DNA of 64,000 bases. Source: Dehalococcoidia bacterium (GTDB lineage Bacteria; Chloroflexota; Dehalococcoidia; UBA2979). Under the pieces are notes generated by a model. That model worked only from the letters and a program-made list of their open reading frames with translations, was not told the origin of the DNA and made no database searches. Positions 7,955 through 20,491 of this stretch are shown here, in pieces. The stretch covers positions 1,408,001 to 1,472,000 of the forward strand of contig OZ219871.1 of the NCBI GenBank assembly GCA_964291495.2. Reading direction: 5' to 3'. Both the position numbers and the translations under genes were made by a program. Numbering within the stretch: the stretch's first letter is position 1; each line of letters starts with the position of its first letter.

Positions 7955-10330
7955 CTACTCCGTCACGCCGTGCTCGCGCAGGATCGCCCACACCTTGTCC
8001 GGCGTGATCGGGATGTCGATGTGGCGTACGCCCAGGTGCGACAGCGCGTCCACCACGGCGTTCGCGATCGCAGGCGGCGCGCCGACCGTGGCCGACTCGC
8101 CGATGCCCTTCGCGCCCAGCGGGTGGTGCGGCGAGGGCGTCACGGTGTTCGCCGTCTCCCAAGCCGGCGTTTCAACCGCCGTCGGCACGAGGTAGTCGAC
8201 GAACGACGCGCTGAGCGGGTTGCCGCTCTCGTCGTACGACAGCTCCTCGTAGAGCGCCGGTGCGAGGCCCATCGTCAGCCCGCCGTGGACCTGACCCTCG
8301 ACGATCATCGGGTTGATGATGTTGCCGCAGTCGTCCACGGCAACGAAGCGCCGCACGTGGACCTCGCCCGTGCCCTTGTCGATGTCCACCACGCAGATGT
8401 AGCTGCCGAAGGGGAACGTCAGGTTGGGCGGGTCGTAGTAGGAGACGGCCTCGAGGCCGGCCTCCATGCCCTGCGGGTGGTTCGTGTAGGCGGCGAGGGC
8501 GATCTCCTGGATGGTGACGCCCTTCTCCGGGTCGCTCCGCACGAAGAAGCGGCCGGGCTCCCACTCGAGGTCATCCTCGGTGACCTCCTCCGCCTCGAGC
8601 AGGTGCGCCGCGATCGCCCGCGCCTTCTCGCGCACCTTGCCCGCGGCGACGGCGCCCGCCGCTCCGGCTGTCGGCGTGCTGCGGCTGGCGTAGGTGCCGA
8701 GGCCGTACGGCGCCGTGTCGGTGTCGCCCTCCTCGACGGCGACGTCGCTGGCCGGGATGCCGAGCTCCTGGGCGATGATCTGCGCGTAGGTCGTCTCGTG
8801 GCCCTGGCCCTGCGACTTCGTGCCGAAGCGCGCGATCGCCTTGCCGGTCGGGTGCACGCGCAGCTCGCAGCTGTCGAACATCTTCAGCCCGAGGATGTCG
8901 AAGTGCCTCGAGGGCCCCGCGCCCACGATCTCGGTGAAGCTCGAGATGCCGATGCCCATCAGCTCGCCGCGCTCGCGCTTCTCGGCCTGCTCGCGCCGCA
9001 GCTCGTCGTAGCCGATCGTCTCCATCGCGAGGTTGAGTGCGCCCTCGTAGTTGCCGCTGTCGTACTCCCAATCGAAGACCGACTGGTAGGGGAAGGCGTC
9101 CGCGGGGATGAAGTTCTTCTTCCGCACGTCGGCCGGGTCCATCCCGACCTCGGTCGCCAGCACGTCGACGAGCCGCTCGATGGCGTGGACGGCCTCGGTG
9201 ACGCGGAACGAGCAGCGGTAGGCGATGCCTCCGGGCGGCTTGTTCGTGTAGACGCCGTCCACCTCGGCGAAGGCCTGCTGGAAGTCGTACGAGCCCGTGC
9301 AGATCGAGAACAGGCCGGCCGGGAACTGCGAGGGGTTGCAAGCGGCGTCGGTGTAGCCGTGGTCCGCCAGCGTCTTGATGCGGAGCGCCTTCATCGTGCC
9401 GTCGCTGTCGGCGGCGATCTCGGCGGCCATGTGGTAGTCGCGGGCGAACGAGTCCGCCTGCAGGTTCTCGATGCGGTCCTCGATCCACTTCACGGGGTGC
9501 CCCGTGACGACCGCGGCGGCGACCGCGATCACGTAGCCGGGATAGACCGGGACCTTGCCGCCGAAGCCTCCGCCGATGTCCGGCGAGATGATCCGGATCT
9601 TCTCCTCGGACAGCCCGACGTGGCCCGCGACGAGGGCGAACACCGTGCGGATCGCGTGCGGCGCCTGCGTGGTCATCCAGACCGTCAGCTGCCCGGTCAC
9701 CGAGTCGAACTCGGCGACGCAGCCGCAGGTCTCGATCGAGGCGACGTGGATGCGCGGCAGGTAGACGTCCTGCTGCACCGTCACGTCGGCTTCCTCGAAG
9801 GCGCGGTCGGTCGCGTCCCTATCGCCGACCTCCCAGTGGAAGATGTGGTTGTCGGTCTTGCCTTCCTTGTCGTCGCGCAGCACGGGCGCGTCCGGCTCGA
9901 GCGCCTTGAACGGGTCCACCACCACGGGCAGCGGCTCGTACTCGACCTCGACGGCCTCGACGCCGTCGGCGGCGGCGTAGCGGCTGGTCGCCACGACGGC
10001 GGCGACCTCCTGGCCGGCGTACATCACCTTGTCGACCGGGAGCACCATCTGCGTGTCCGACATCAGGGTCGGCATCCAGTGCAGGTTGTAGGCCTCCAGT
10101 GTCTCGCCGGTGATCACGGCGAGCACGCCGTCCACCTCGAGGGCGGCGTCGCTGTTGATGCTCTTGATGCGGGCGTGCGCGTAGGGGCTGCGCACGATGT
10201 CCAGGTAGAGCATCCCCGGCCGCACGATGTCGTCGACGTAGTTGCCGCGGCCGCGGATGAAGCGCGCGTCCTCCTTGCGCTTCACGCTGTGGCCCATGCC
10301 TCCGATCTCGGGGCTTGTCTCTGCGACCAT
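7955..10330 (-). CDS. coxL: Aerobic carbon monoxide dehydrogenase large subunit, form I
   Basis: Active-site AYRCSFR (form I AYXCSFR), IGGGFGGKV, SQGQGHET, GAKGIGE. Confidence 0.96.
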   Translation of the reverse strand: MVAETSPEIGGMGHSVKRKEDARFIRGRGNYVDDIVRPGMLYLDIVRSPYAHARIKSINSDAALEVDGVLAVITGETLEAYNLHWMPTLMSDTQMVLPVDKVMYAGQEVAAVVATSRYAAADGVEAVEVEYEPLPVVVDPFKALEPDAPVLRDDKEGKTDNHIFHWEVGDRDATDRAFEEADVTVQQDVYLPRIHVASIETCGCVAEFDSVTGQLTVWMTTQAPHAIRTVFALVAGHVGLSEEKIRIISPDIGGGFGGKVPVYPGYVIAVAAAVVTGHPVKWIEDRIENLQADSFARDYHMAAEIAADSDGTMKALRIKTLADHGYTDAACNPSQFPAGLFSICTGSYDFQQAFAEVDGVYTNKPPGGIAYRCSFRVTEAVHAIERLVDVLATEVGMDPADVRKKNFIPADAFPYQSVFDWEYDSGNYEGALNLAMETIGYDELRREQAEKRERGELMGIGISSFTEIVGAGPSRHFDILGLKMFDSCELRVHPTGKAIARFGTKSQGQGHETTYAQIIAQELGIPASDVAVEEGDTDTAPYGLGTYASRSTPTAGAAGAVAAGKVREKARAIAAHLLEAEEVTEDDLEWEPGRFFVRSDPEKGVTIQEIALAAYTNHPQGMEAGLEAVSYYDPPNLTFPFGSYICVVDIDKGTGEVHVRRFVAVDDCGNIINPMIVEGQVHGGLTMGLAPALYEELSYDESGNPLSASFVDYLVPTAVETPAWETANTVTPSPHHPLGAKGIGESATVGAPPAIANAVVDALSHLGVRHIDIPITPDKVWAILREHGVTE

Positions 10331-10334
10331 GGCG

Positions 10335-10805
<471 letters not shown>

Positions 10806-10809
10806 CGGC

Positions 10810-11676
10810 CTACCCTCCAGCCCGCTCGACGGCTCGGCGCAGGGCTCGCAGGGTGAGCACCCGCACCATGTCTCGCTTGTACTCCTCGGAGCCGCGCAGG
10901 TCGGCCGCCGGCTCCGAGGCGGCAGCCGCCAGCTCGGCGGCGGTCCGCAGCGCCTCGTCGTCGAGGCTGCTGCCGAGCAGCGAGTCCTCGGCCTCGCTCG
11001 CGCGGATCGTCGTCGGTCCGACCGCGGTGAGGCCGATCCCGGCCGCGCTGCAGCTGCCGTTCGAGCGCGTGATCTGCACGGCGACGGCCGCCGTGGCGAA
11101 GTCGCCGACCTTGCGTTCCAGCTTCTCGTAGGCGCCGCCGCTTCCGTCGGTCGGTTGCGGGACGCGCACCTCGGTGAGGATCTCGCCCTCATCGAGCGTG
11201 GTCATGAACGGTCCGAGCAGCAGCTCGTCGATCGAGAGCGTGCGCTCGCCGCCCGGCCCGGCGACGCCGACCTCGGCGCCCAGCGCGGTCATGACCGATC
11301 CGAGATCCCCCGCGGGGTCGGCGTGGGCGAGCGAGCCGCCCGTCGTGCCGCGGTTGCGCACGAGCGGGTCCGCGATGACGGCGGCGGCGTCGGCGATCAG
11401 CGGATAGCGCGAGGCGATCAGCTCCGAGCGCTCCAGCGCCGAGTGGCGGGTCATCGCGCCGATGCGCAGCTGCCCGTCGGACTCCTCGATGCCGCTCAGC
11501 GAGTCGACCGTGTTGAGGTCGACGAGCACGGCGGGGGAGGCGAGCCGCAGCTTCATCAGCGGGATCAGGCTCTGGCCGCCGGCGAGCACGCGCGCGTCGG
11601 AGCCGTGCTCGGCGAGTAGTGCGAGTGCTTCGTCCAGCGTCGAGGGGGCGTGGTATTCGAACTGTCCGGGGATCAT
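10810..11676 (-). CDS. coxM: CO dehydrogenase medium (FAD) subunit
   Basis: [35 protein letters not shown]. Confidence 0.95.
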   Translation of the reverse strand: MIPGQFEYHAPSTLDEALALLAEHGSDARVLAGGQSLIPLMKLRLASPAVLVDLNTVDSLSGIEESDGQLRIGAMTRHSALERSELIASRYPLIADAAAVIADPLVRNRGTTGGSLAHADPAGDLGSVMTALGAEVGVAGPGGERTLSIDELLLGPFMTTLDEGEILTEVRVPQPTDGSGGAYEKLERKVGDFATAAVAVQITRSNGSCSAAGIGLTAVGPTTIRASEAEDSLLGSSLDDEALRTAAELAAAASEPAADLRGSEEYKRDMVRVLTLRALRRAVERAGG

Positions 11677-11769
11677 CGGGGTACTCCTTGGCGTTCGCCC
11701 GGGCGGATGCTACAAGGCAATCACGAGTCTAGTAGGAACCGACCCGCTTGTGGGGCGAGGAGTGCGGCG

Positions 11770-12216
11770 ATGGAGATCAAGATCGACAAGACCTTCAAGG
11801 TGAACGCGCCGATCGACCGCGTCTGGGACTTCCTCACCGACCCCGAGCAGGTGGTGCAGTGCATGCCCGGCGCCGAACTGGACGAGGTGATCGACGAGCG
11901 CAACGTGCGCGGCCGCGTCGGCGTGAAGGTCGGACCCGTCGAGGCCCGCTACCGCGGCCAGGCGACCTTCGAGGAGCTCGACGAGGAGAACCACCGCATC
12001 CGCGTCGTCGGCCAGGGTATGGGCGACGGCAGCGCCGACATGCAGCTGGCGGGCGAGCTGCGTGCGCTGGACGACGGCAGCACCGAGGCCGAGTTCGCGG
12101 CGGCCGTCAACGTCGGCGGCCGCATGGCGCAGGTCGGCTCGCGCCTGATCAAGTTCGTCTCGGACCGCCTCTTCCAGCAGTTCGTCTCGCGCGTGCGCGA
12201 GCAGCTCGAGACGTAG
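11770..12216 (+). CDS. coxG: CoxG/SRPBCC family protein
   Basis: VWDFLTDP...CMPGA, VKVGPV, GRMAQVGSRLI; divergent from coxM. Confidence 0.85.
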   Translation: MEIKIDKTFKVNAPIDRVWDFLTDPEQVVQCMPGAELDEVIDERNVRGRVGVKVGPVEARYRGQATFEELDEENHRIRVVGQGMGDGSADMQLAGELRALDDGSTEAEFAAAVNVGGRMAQVGSRLIKFVSDRLFQQFVSRVREQLET

Positions 12217-12233
12217 CGAGCCGGGAAACGCGG

Positions 12234-13421
12234 TTACTCCCCGGGGTCGATTGGAAGCACGGCCGGGTCGTCCGCGCCGAGCAGGACGCTGCCGACCGAC
12301 TCGTAGTGTTCCCTCGAGGCTGCGACGTGCTGCTTCGCCACATTGAGGTCGCGGAGGGCGCGTTCGATGCGGTGCTCGGTGAAGATGGCGTTGCTGCCGG
12401 CGGCGTCATAGAGCAACTGCACCGCTCGCAGCGCTTCATGCACCGAGTGCATCAGCGCCAGTCGCGCGATCCAGGTCCGCCGCATGGCGTCGGGCGCGTC
12501 CTCGTGCGCCGCGATCCATGCCGCCTCGACCGCCTCGAGGAGGAAGGCGCGGGCGCTCCGGACGATCGCCTCGGCCTCGGCGATCGCGCTCTGCACACGC
12601 GGGCGGTTGCGCAGCAGCGTGGCCGAGTGCTTCGAGCCGTGCGTCTGGGCGAGCGCGCTCAGATCCTCGATCGCGCCGCGCGCCATGCCCAGGGAGTTGC
12701 CGCCGTGCAGCGACCAGCCCCAGGTGCCGACGTACGGCCGGCGGTAGCGCGGGCCGGGGAACGGGGACGGGTCGGCGTACCACATCGTTCGTTCCGCCGG
12801 GACGAAGCGGTCGCGCACCACGAAGTCGTTGCTGCCCGTGCCGCGCATGCCCATCACGGTCCACGTATCGAGGACCTCGCCGTCCCCGTGCGGAATGAAC
12901 GCGATGCGCTGCAGCGGCTCACCGTCGGCGCCAACGCGCCGCTCGCCGCCCGGGCGGTCGAGGATCCAGAAGCCCCCGAGGATCCAGTTGGAGTGCATGA
13001 CCCCGCTGACGAAGTCCCAGCGTCCGTCAATGACATAGCCGCCCTCGACCTCGACGGCGGTTCCCTGGGGTAGATTCGCGCCGCCGACCAGGATGTCCGC
13101 CGAGCCGCGACTCTCGAGGGCGCGCATGCCCGCGATCGCCTCGGAGGAGAGCCAGCCGAGCAGCGCCGACTCGAACGATCCGTTCTGCGCCAGCCAGCCG
13201 GCGGAGCCGTCCGCGCTACCGATCAGCTCGATGGCGCGAATGGCGGTGGTGGGTTCGGCCTCCGCACCGCCGTAGGCGGCGGGCGCCAGCAGCGTGAAGA
13301 GCCTGGCTTCGGCCATGGCCTCAACGATCTCGTCGGGTAGCTGGCGCTCGGCCTCGATCGTGTCGGCGGCGGCACGGATTCGGGGCGCGATGGCCGCTGC
13401 CGCAGCTACGACGTCGAACAT
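12234..13421 (-). CDS. Flavin-dependent monooxygenase, acyl-CoA dehydrogenase fold (HsaA-like)
   Basis: DGSAGW, GRWDFVSG, DTWTVMGMRGTGSND, IERALRDL. Confidence 0.85.
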   Translation of the reverse strand: MFDVVAAAAAIAPRIRAAADTIEAERQLPDEIVEAMAEARLFTLLAPAAYGGAEAEPTTAIRAIELIGSADGSAGWLAQNGSFESALLGWLSSEAIAGMRALESRGSADILVGGANLPQGTAVEVEGGYVIDGRWDFVSGVMHSNWILGGFWILDRPGGERRVGADGEPLQRIAFIPHGDGEVLDTWTVMGMRGTGSNDFVVRDRFVPAERTMWYADPSPFPGPRYRRPYVGTWGWSLHGGNSLGMARGAIEDLSALAQTHGSKHSATLLRNRPRVQSAIAEAEAIVRSARAFLLEAVEAAWIAAHEDAPDAMRRTWIARLALMHSVHEALRAVQLLYDAAGSNAIFTEHRIERALRDLNVAKQHVAASREHYESVGSVLLGADDPAVLPIDPGE

Positions 13422-13500
13422 GGGACGCTGAGCATAGCAGCCGAGGCAGCGGCGAACGGCGGCGACGCGTCAGGGCGCAGCCCTCGCGACGGGGCGCGCG

Positions 13501-14925
13501 CTACAGCGTGACGCCGGCGAGGGCCTGGCCCTGCGCGATCGCCCGGCGGACCTGCTCCGCCGAGGGCAGCTCGGCGTAGATGCGCAGCAGCGGCTCGGTC
13601 CCGCTGAAGCGCATCAGCAGCCACCAGCCGCCCTCGAGGGTGAAGCGGTAGCCGTCCAGCGTGTCGCGTGAGACCACGCGCAGCCCGGCGATCTCCGAGG
13701 GCGTCGCGGCTGCCGCCTGCTCCGCGATCGCGTCGCGCTCCTCCTCGCGCAGGGTGACGTCGACGCGGTCGTACTCGTGCGGCCCGAGCTCGGCGTACAG
13801 CTCCGCGAGGAGCTGCGAGGCGGGCTTGCCGGTCTGCACCATGTAGTCGAGCAGCAGCAACCCGGACAGCACGCCGTCGCGCTCCGGGATGTGGCCGCGG
13901 AAGGCGTAGCCGCCCGACTCCTCGCCGGCGGTGATCGCGTCCTCGTCGATCATCCTCGGCCCGAGGTGCTTGAAGCCGACGGGCGTCTCGAAGACCGGGC
14001 AGTCGTGGCGCTCGCCGAGCAGGTCGACCATGCGCGTCGTCGTGATCGAGCGCACGATCGCGCCCCGCTCGCCGCGCACCTCCAGCAGGTAGCGCACGAG
14101 CAGGGCGAAGACCTGGAGCTGGTTGAGGAAGCGCCCCTGCTCGTCGACCAACCCGAAGCGATCGCCGTCGCCATCAGTTGCGAGGCCGACGTCGTGCTCA
14201 CCCTCCTGGAGCAGCCGCATCAGCGCGCCGAGGTTGGGGGCGATCGGCTCCGGCGCGCGCATGCCGGGGAAGGCCGGGTTCGGCTCGCCGTGCAGCTCGT
14301 GCACGGTCGTGGCGCCCTCGCCGATCGCGGCCGCCGTCAGCCCACCCGCCGCGCCGTACATCGAATCGACTGCGACGCGCAGTCCCGCCTCGCGGATGCG
14401 TTCGAGGTCGACGAACTCACGCAGCGCCGCGAGATAGGGCGGATTCGGGTCGAAGCGCTCGATTCTCGCCGCGCCCTCGCCGTCGGCGCCGCCCGCCGCC
14501 CCGCCGCCATCGAGGATGGCCGGCACGGCCTGCTCGATCTCGCTCGTGACCTCGGGAGGGGCGGAGTTACCGGCGGCCTGTTTGACCTTGAAGCCGTTCC
14601 AACGCGCCGGGTTGTGGCTCGCCGTGATCACCACGCCCGCCGCCGCTTCGCGGTCCAACACCGCGTGCGAGAGCGCCGGGGTCGGTGCGGCCCTTGAGGC
14701 GAGCGCGACGGCGATGCCGTTCGCGGCCAGGACCTCGGCGGCCGCGGTCGCGAAGGCGTCGGAGAGGAAGCGCGTGTCGTAGCCGACGACCACGCCGCTG
14801 CGGGCCTGCCCGGTGCGGCGCAGCCAGCCCGCGGTCGCCTGCGCGACCGCGCGCACGTGCTCGAAGGTGTAGTCCTCGGCGATGACGGCGCGCCAGCCGT
14901 CCGTGCCGAAACGGATCTCGGCCAT
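13501..14925 (-). CDS. Phosphoglucomutase/phosphomannomutase
   Basis: FGTDGWR, TASHNP, DGDGDR, GEESGG, RFSGTEP. Confidence 0.95.
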   Translation of the reverse strand: MAEIRFGTDGWRAVIAEDYTFEHVRAVAQATAGWLRRTGQARSGVVVGYDTRFLSDAFATAAAEVLAANGIAVALASRAAPTPALSHAVLDREAAAGVVITASHNPARWNGFKVKQAAGNSAPPEVTSEIEQAVPAILDGGGAAGGADGEGAARIERFDPNPPYLAALREFVDLERIREAGLRVAVDSMYGAAGGLTAAAIGEGATTVHELHGEPNPAFPGMRAPEPIAPNLGALMRLLQEGEHDVGLATDGDGDRFGLVDEQGRFLNQLQVFALLVRYLLEVRGERGAIVRSITTTRMVDLLGERHDCPVFETPVGFKHLGPRMIDEDAITAGEESGGYAFRGHIPERDGVLSGLLLLDYMVQTGKPASQLLAELYAELGPHEYDRVDVTLREEERDAIAEQAAAATPSEIAGLRVVSRDTLDGYRFTLEGGWWLLMRFSGTEPLLRIYAELPSAEQVRRAIAQGQALAGVTL

Positions 14926-16064
14926 CAGGCCTCGCCCGTTCCGAGGGCCGACGCGGGAGTCATCACCCGACCGTCGCGGTAGACATCGTCCGGATCCAGC
15001 AGCGTCCCGGCTCGCGGCCGCTCGCCCGCCTCGACGGCGGCGCCGTGGGCGAGCACCGCGCCCTCGAGGACCGCGCCCGCACTGACGCGCGCGCCCGTGG
15101 CCAGCACCGAGTCGCGCACCTGTGCGCCCTCGCCGATGGTCACGCCGTCCCAGAGCACGCTGCCGGCCACGCTCGCGCCGCGCCCGATCTGGCAGCCCGC
15201 CCCGGCCACCACGCCGCCCTCGAGGATCGCGCCCTCACCGACGCGCGTCCCGGCGCCGAGCAGCGCCCGGCCCTCGACACGCGCGTCCGCGGCGAGATCG
15301 GCCTCGCCGATCGCGCGTCCGTCCTCGGGCCAGCCGGGGGGCAGCAGCGAGGGGGCCGCCCCGGCGAGGAGGTCGAGGTTGGTCTGCAGGTAGGCCTCGG
15401 GGTTGCCGACGTCGGCCCAGTAGCCCTCGTGGCGGTGGCCGAAGATGCCGCGCCCGTCCGCGGCGAGGTTCGGGAACAGCTCGTCCTCCACCCGGTTGAA
15501 GCGGTTCGCGTCGAGCATCCGCCCGACCTCGGACTCGAACAGCCAGAGCCCGGCGTTGATCAGCCTCGAGGGAGCCTCCTCGCGCGGGGGCTTCTCGACG
15601 AAGCGCGTGATCCGCTCGCCGTCGCCGAGCACGACCACGCCGAAACGCGAGGGATCCTCGACCTCGGAGAGGGCGATTGAGAGCTCGGCGGTGCGTTTGC
15701 GGTGCCTGGCGGTGAAGGCACCGAGGTCGATGTCGCTCACGATGTCGCCGTTGCAGACGAGGAAGGGCTCGTCCCAGCCCGCGGAGGCGTTGGCGATCGC
15801 GCCGCCGGAGCCGAGCGGCTCGCCCTCAAGGACGCACTCGATCTCAAGGCCCGGCGGCGAGGCGTCGCCCGTGAAGGCGGCCTCGATCGCCTCGTCGCGC
15901 TCGGTCATCGCGAAGGTGACACGGTCGAAGCCATGACTGTGCAGGGCGTCGAGCAGGTAGGAGAGGAGTGGGCGGTTGAGGATCGGGACGAGTTGCTTCG
16001 GCGACCGCCACGAGAGCGGGCGCAGCCGCGTTCCCTTGCCGCCGATGAGCACGACCGCGCGCAC
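14925..16064 (-). CDS. NDP-sugar pyrophosphorylase (mannose-1-P guanylyltransferase-like)
   Basis: GGKGTRLRPL, NGDI, FVEKP, INAG, YWADVG, hexapeptide C-terminus. Confidence 0.9.
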   Translation of the reverse strand: MRAVVLIGGKGTRLRPLSWRSPKQLVPILNRPLLSYLLDALHSHGFDRVTFAMTERDEAIEAAFTGDASPPGLEIECVLEGEPLGSGGAIANASAGWDEPFLVCNGDIVSDIDLGAFTARHRKRTAELSIALSEVEDPSRFGVVVLGDGERITRFVEKPPREEAPSRLINAGLWLFESEVGRMLDANRFNRVEDELFPNLAADGRGIFGHRHEGYWADVGNPEAYLQTNLDLLAGAAPSLLPPGWPEDGRAIGEADLAADARVEGRALLGAGTRVGEGAILEGGVVAGAGCQIGRGASVAGSVLWDGVTIGEGAQVRDSVLATGARVSAGAVLEGAVLAHGAAVEAGERPRAGTLLDPDDVYRDGRVMTPASALGTGEA

Positions 16065-16065
16065 G

Positions 16066-17286
16066 TTACCCGTCGAGGCCTGCGCTCTGGCGCAGTGCGT
16101 CCACTGTGTCCAGCTGCTCCCACGGCAGATCGAGCAGGGGGCGTCCGAAGTGCCCGTAGGCCGCCGTCTGCTGGTAGATCGGGCGGCGCAGCTCGAAGCG
16201 GTCGATGATCGCAGCGGGCCGCAGGTCGAAGTGCTCGTCGATCAGGCGCACGAGGTCCGCGTCGGGCAGCTTCCCTGTCCCGAACGTCTCGATCGCAACC
16301 GAGGTCGGGTGCGCCACGCCGATCGCGTACGAGACCTGTACCTCGATGCGGTCGGCGAGGCCGGCCGCGACGATGTTGCGCGCGACGTGGCGCGCGGCGT
16401 AGGAGGCCGAGCGATCCACCTTCGTCGGATCCTTGCCGCTGAAGGCGCCGCCGCCGTGGCGGGCGATGCCGCCGTACGTGTCGACGATGATCTTGCGGCC
16501 GGTCAGCCCGGCGTCGCTGGCCGGTCCGCCCGAGACGAAGCGCCCGGTCGGGTTCACGAAGATCTTGTCCTCGGCGAGGCCTGCCAGCAGCTCCTCCGGG
16601 CAGACGTATTCGATGACGAGCTTGCGCACGTCCTCGCGCAGCTGCTCGATGCGCACGTCGGGGTCGTGCTGGGTGGAGACGACGACGGCTTCGAGGCGCT
16701 TCGGGACGCCGTACTCGTACTCGATCGTGACCTGCGACTTGCCGTCGGGGCGCAGGTAGGGCAGCACGCCGCTCTTGCGCAGCGCCGCCAGCCGCTGCGC
16801 GAGCCGGTGCGCCAGCCAGAGCGTGAGCGGGATGTGATCAGGCGTCTCGTTGCAGGCGAAGCCGATCATCATTCCCTGGTCGCCCGCGCCGATCTGGTCG
16901 TACACGTCCTCCGAGCCGCGCTCGCGCGCCTCCATTGCCGCGTCGACGCCGCGTGCGATGTCGCTGGCCTGCTCCTTGAGCGAGGAGATGACGCCGCAGG
17001 TGCGCCAGTCGAAGCCGACCTCGGAGTCGTCGTAGCCGACTTCGCGGATGGTCTGGCGCACGACGTCCTGGAGGTCGACCCAGGACGTCGTGCTGACCTC
17101 GCCGAAGACGAACACCAAGCCGGTGTTGACGGCCGTCTCGCAGGCGACGCGGGCGTCGGGATCCTTCTCAAGCAGCGCGTCGAGCACGGCGTCCGAGATC
17201 TGGTCGCAGAGCTTGTCCGGGTGCCCCTCGGTGACCGACTCGCTGGTCAGCAGCAGGGACGGCGAGTCGAAGAAGGTGTTGCTCAT
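16066..17286 (-). CDS. metK: S-adenosylmethionine synthase
   Basis: [33 protein letters not shown]. Confidence 0.98.
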   Translation of the reverse strand: MSNTFFDSPSLLLTSESVTEGHPDKLCDQISDAVLDALLEKDPDARVACETAVNTGLVFVFGEVSTTSWVDLQDVVRQTIREVGYDDSEVGFDWRTCGVISSLKEQASDIARGVDAAMEARERGSEDVYDQIGAGDQGMMIGFACNETPDHIPLTLWLAHRLAQRLAALRKSGVLPYLRPDGKSQVTIEYEYGVPKRLEAVVVSTQHDPDVRIEQLREDVRKLVIEYVCPEELLAGLAEDKIFVNPTGRFVSGGPASDAGLTGRKIIVDTYGGIARHGGGAFSGKDPTKVDRSASYAARHVARNIVAAGLADRIEVQVSYAIGVAHPTSVAIETFGTGKLPDADLVRLIDEHFDLRPAAIIDRFELRRPIYQQTAAYGHFGRPLLDLPWEQLDTVDALRQSAGLDG

Positions 17287-17362
17287 GCGCCCGCCGTGCC
17301 TTCCGCGCGTCTTCGCGCTCGATTGGACCGCAGTTCCGCCGCAGCCGCCATCGGGGCGGCGC

Positions 17363-18670
<1,308 letters not shown>

Positions 18671-19600
18671 TTACTCGCCGGGCGCGACGCGCACGAGGCG
18701 CTCACCGTCCGGGCCGCGCCGCGCGAAGCGGCGGCGCAGCACGGCGCCTAGTCCGAGCACGTCGCGGCGCTGGAAGCGAGCCTCGTGCACCGGCGCGCCT
18801 CGCCCGTAGCCGAGCCGCTCGTAGGCGCGCAGCGCGGGGGCGTTGTCCGGGTCGACGGTCAGCGTCACCTGCCAGCAGCCGCGCTCCAGCAGGTCGGCGG
18901 TGACGGCCGAGGTGACGCGCGTCGCGAGCCCGCGGCCGCGCGCCGAGGCGCGCGTGAAGACGTTGCCGACCACGCCGATGCCCATGCCCGGCGAGACGAG
19001 GTGCGTCCCGGCGACGGCGGCCAGCGAGCCGCCCTCGAAGACACCGTAGTAGACGCCCTGCTCGATGTGCTCGCCGCGGTAGCCGGTGGGACCGCCGCCG
19101 GTCGCGTAGAGCGCGTTCAGCTGGCGCGCGTCGCGTGCGGCGAGGCGCTGCACGGTGCGCTGGCCGATGCCCGCGCCGATCGGCTGGAAACTGTCGGCGT
19201 CCACCGACATGCGGATCATCGAGATCAGGCCGCCGAGCGTGTAGACGCCGCGCACGGCCGGCAGGTGCTCCGGGGCGCAGGTTGCGAGGTAGCCGCCTCG
19301 CGGGCCCGGGTGCAGGGACAGGGCCGCGGCGGCCGCGGCCGGGTCGCCGCTGATCACGCTCATGCGCCCCAGCGAGCCGTTGGCGTGCATCACCACCGCG
19401 TGCGCGCCCGCCGGTCCTTCGGCCGTCCAGAACCGTGCATCGGCGAAGAGGCCGCTATCGAGGTGCCCGATCGCGAACGCGGCAAAGGCGCGGTCGTCGG
19501 CGAGGAGCGCAAGCAGGCGCTGGCTGTCGCGCTCCTCGTGCACGCGGTAGATCGCGGAGTCGCCCTCGACGGCGTGGTCTTGCGAGAGCGTCCGGGTCAT
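18671..19600 (-). CDS. GNAT family N-acetyltransferase
   Basis: GNVFT..RGRGLA motif A; N..ALRAYERLGY. Confidence 0.85.
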   Translation of the reverse strand: MTRTLSQDHAVEGDSAIYRVHEERDSQRLLALLADDRAFAAFAIGHLDSGLFADARFWTAEGPAGAHAVVMHANGSLGRMSVISGDPAAAAAALSLHPGPRGGYLATCAPEHLPAVRGVYTLGGLISMIRMSVDADSFQPIGAGIGQRTVQRLAARDARQLNALYATGGGPTGYRGEHIEQGVYYGVFEGGSLAAVAGTHLVSPGMGIGVVGNVFTRASARGRGLATRVTSAVTADLLERGCWQVTLTVDPDNAPALRAYERLGYGRGAPVHEARFQRRDVLGLGAVLRRRFARRGPDGERLVRVAPGE

Positions 19601-20481
19601 GGCTCGTCCGGCGGCTCGCCGTGGTAGCGCCGCAGCAGCAGCGCGAGCCGCCGTCGCGTCTCCGGCGGGACGAGGTCCGGCGAGGTGACGAGCGCCGAGG
19701 CGAGCGCGTCGCCGCAGCCGCAGTCTCCGCGCGCGCCCAGCCCGGCGACGGTGCGCACCAGCGCCTGGCGGCCGCGCGCGGCGTTCCTCGAGAGGTTCTC
19801 CAGCACCATGTCCGCGCTCACGTCCTCCTGCGAGTCGCGCCAGACGTCGTAGTCGGTGACGAAGCAGAGCGCCGCGTAGCAGAGCTCGGCCTCGCGGGCG
19901 AGCTTCGCCTCAGGGATCGCCGTCATCCCGATGATCGTGCCGCCCGCGTCGCGGTTGACCCGCGCCTCCGCGCGCGTCGAGAACGATGGACCCTCGGTCA
20001 CCACCAGCGCGCCGCCTCGATGCGTCGTGACGCCACTCGCCTCGGCCGCGTCGGCCAGCGCGGTCGCGAGGTCGGCGCAGAACGGGTCGGCGAAGCCGAT
20101 GTGCACGACCATCCCGTCGCCGAAGAAGGTGTGCGGCCGCTTCCAGTTCGTGCGGTCGATGATCTGGTCCGGCGCGACGGCGTGCAGCGGCGCGATCTCC
20201 TCGCGCAGCGAGCCGACGGCGGAGAGCGAGATCACGCGCTCCGCCCCGAGCTGCTTCAGCGCGTGGATGTTGGCGCGCGCGGGCACCTCGGACGGCAGTA
20301 GCCGGTGCCCCTCGCCGTGCCGCGCGATGAAGGCGACGCGCCGCCCCTCGATCGTGCCGGCGACGATCGGCCCGCTGGGCGCGCCGAAGGGCGTCTCGAC
20401 CTCGAGCCGCTCGGCGTCGCGCAGCTCCTCGAGCTGGTAGAAGCCGGATCCGCCGATGACGCCGATCTCCGCGGTGCTCAT
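19597..20481 (-). CDS. mtnP: 5'-methylthioadenosine phosphorylase
   Basis: GVIGGSG, ARHG, AVGSL, EGPSFSTRAE, GMT, VTDYD. Confidence 0.93.
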   Translation of the reverse strand: MSTAEIGVIGGSGFYQLEELRDAERLEVETPFGAPSGPIVAGTIEGRRVAFIARHGEGHRLLPSEVPARANIHALKQLGAERVISLSAVGSLREEIAPLHAVAPDQIIDRTNWKRPHTFFGDGMVVHIGFADPFCADLATALADAAEASGVTTHRGGALVVTEGPSFSTRAEARVNRDAGGTIIGMTAIPEAKLAREAELCYAALCFVTDYDVWRDSQEDVSADMVLENLSRNAARGRQALVRTVAGLGARGDCGCGDALASALVTSPDLVPPETRRRLALLLRRYHGEPPDEP

Positions 20482-20491
20482 CTCGTCTCCA

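Noticed and set aside
17287-17362. Possible SAM/SAH riboswitch upstream of metK
   Set aside because: Only 76 bp, and no SAM-I, SAM-II or SAH consensus recognisable by eye; an Rfam scan would settle it.
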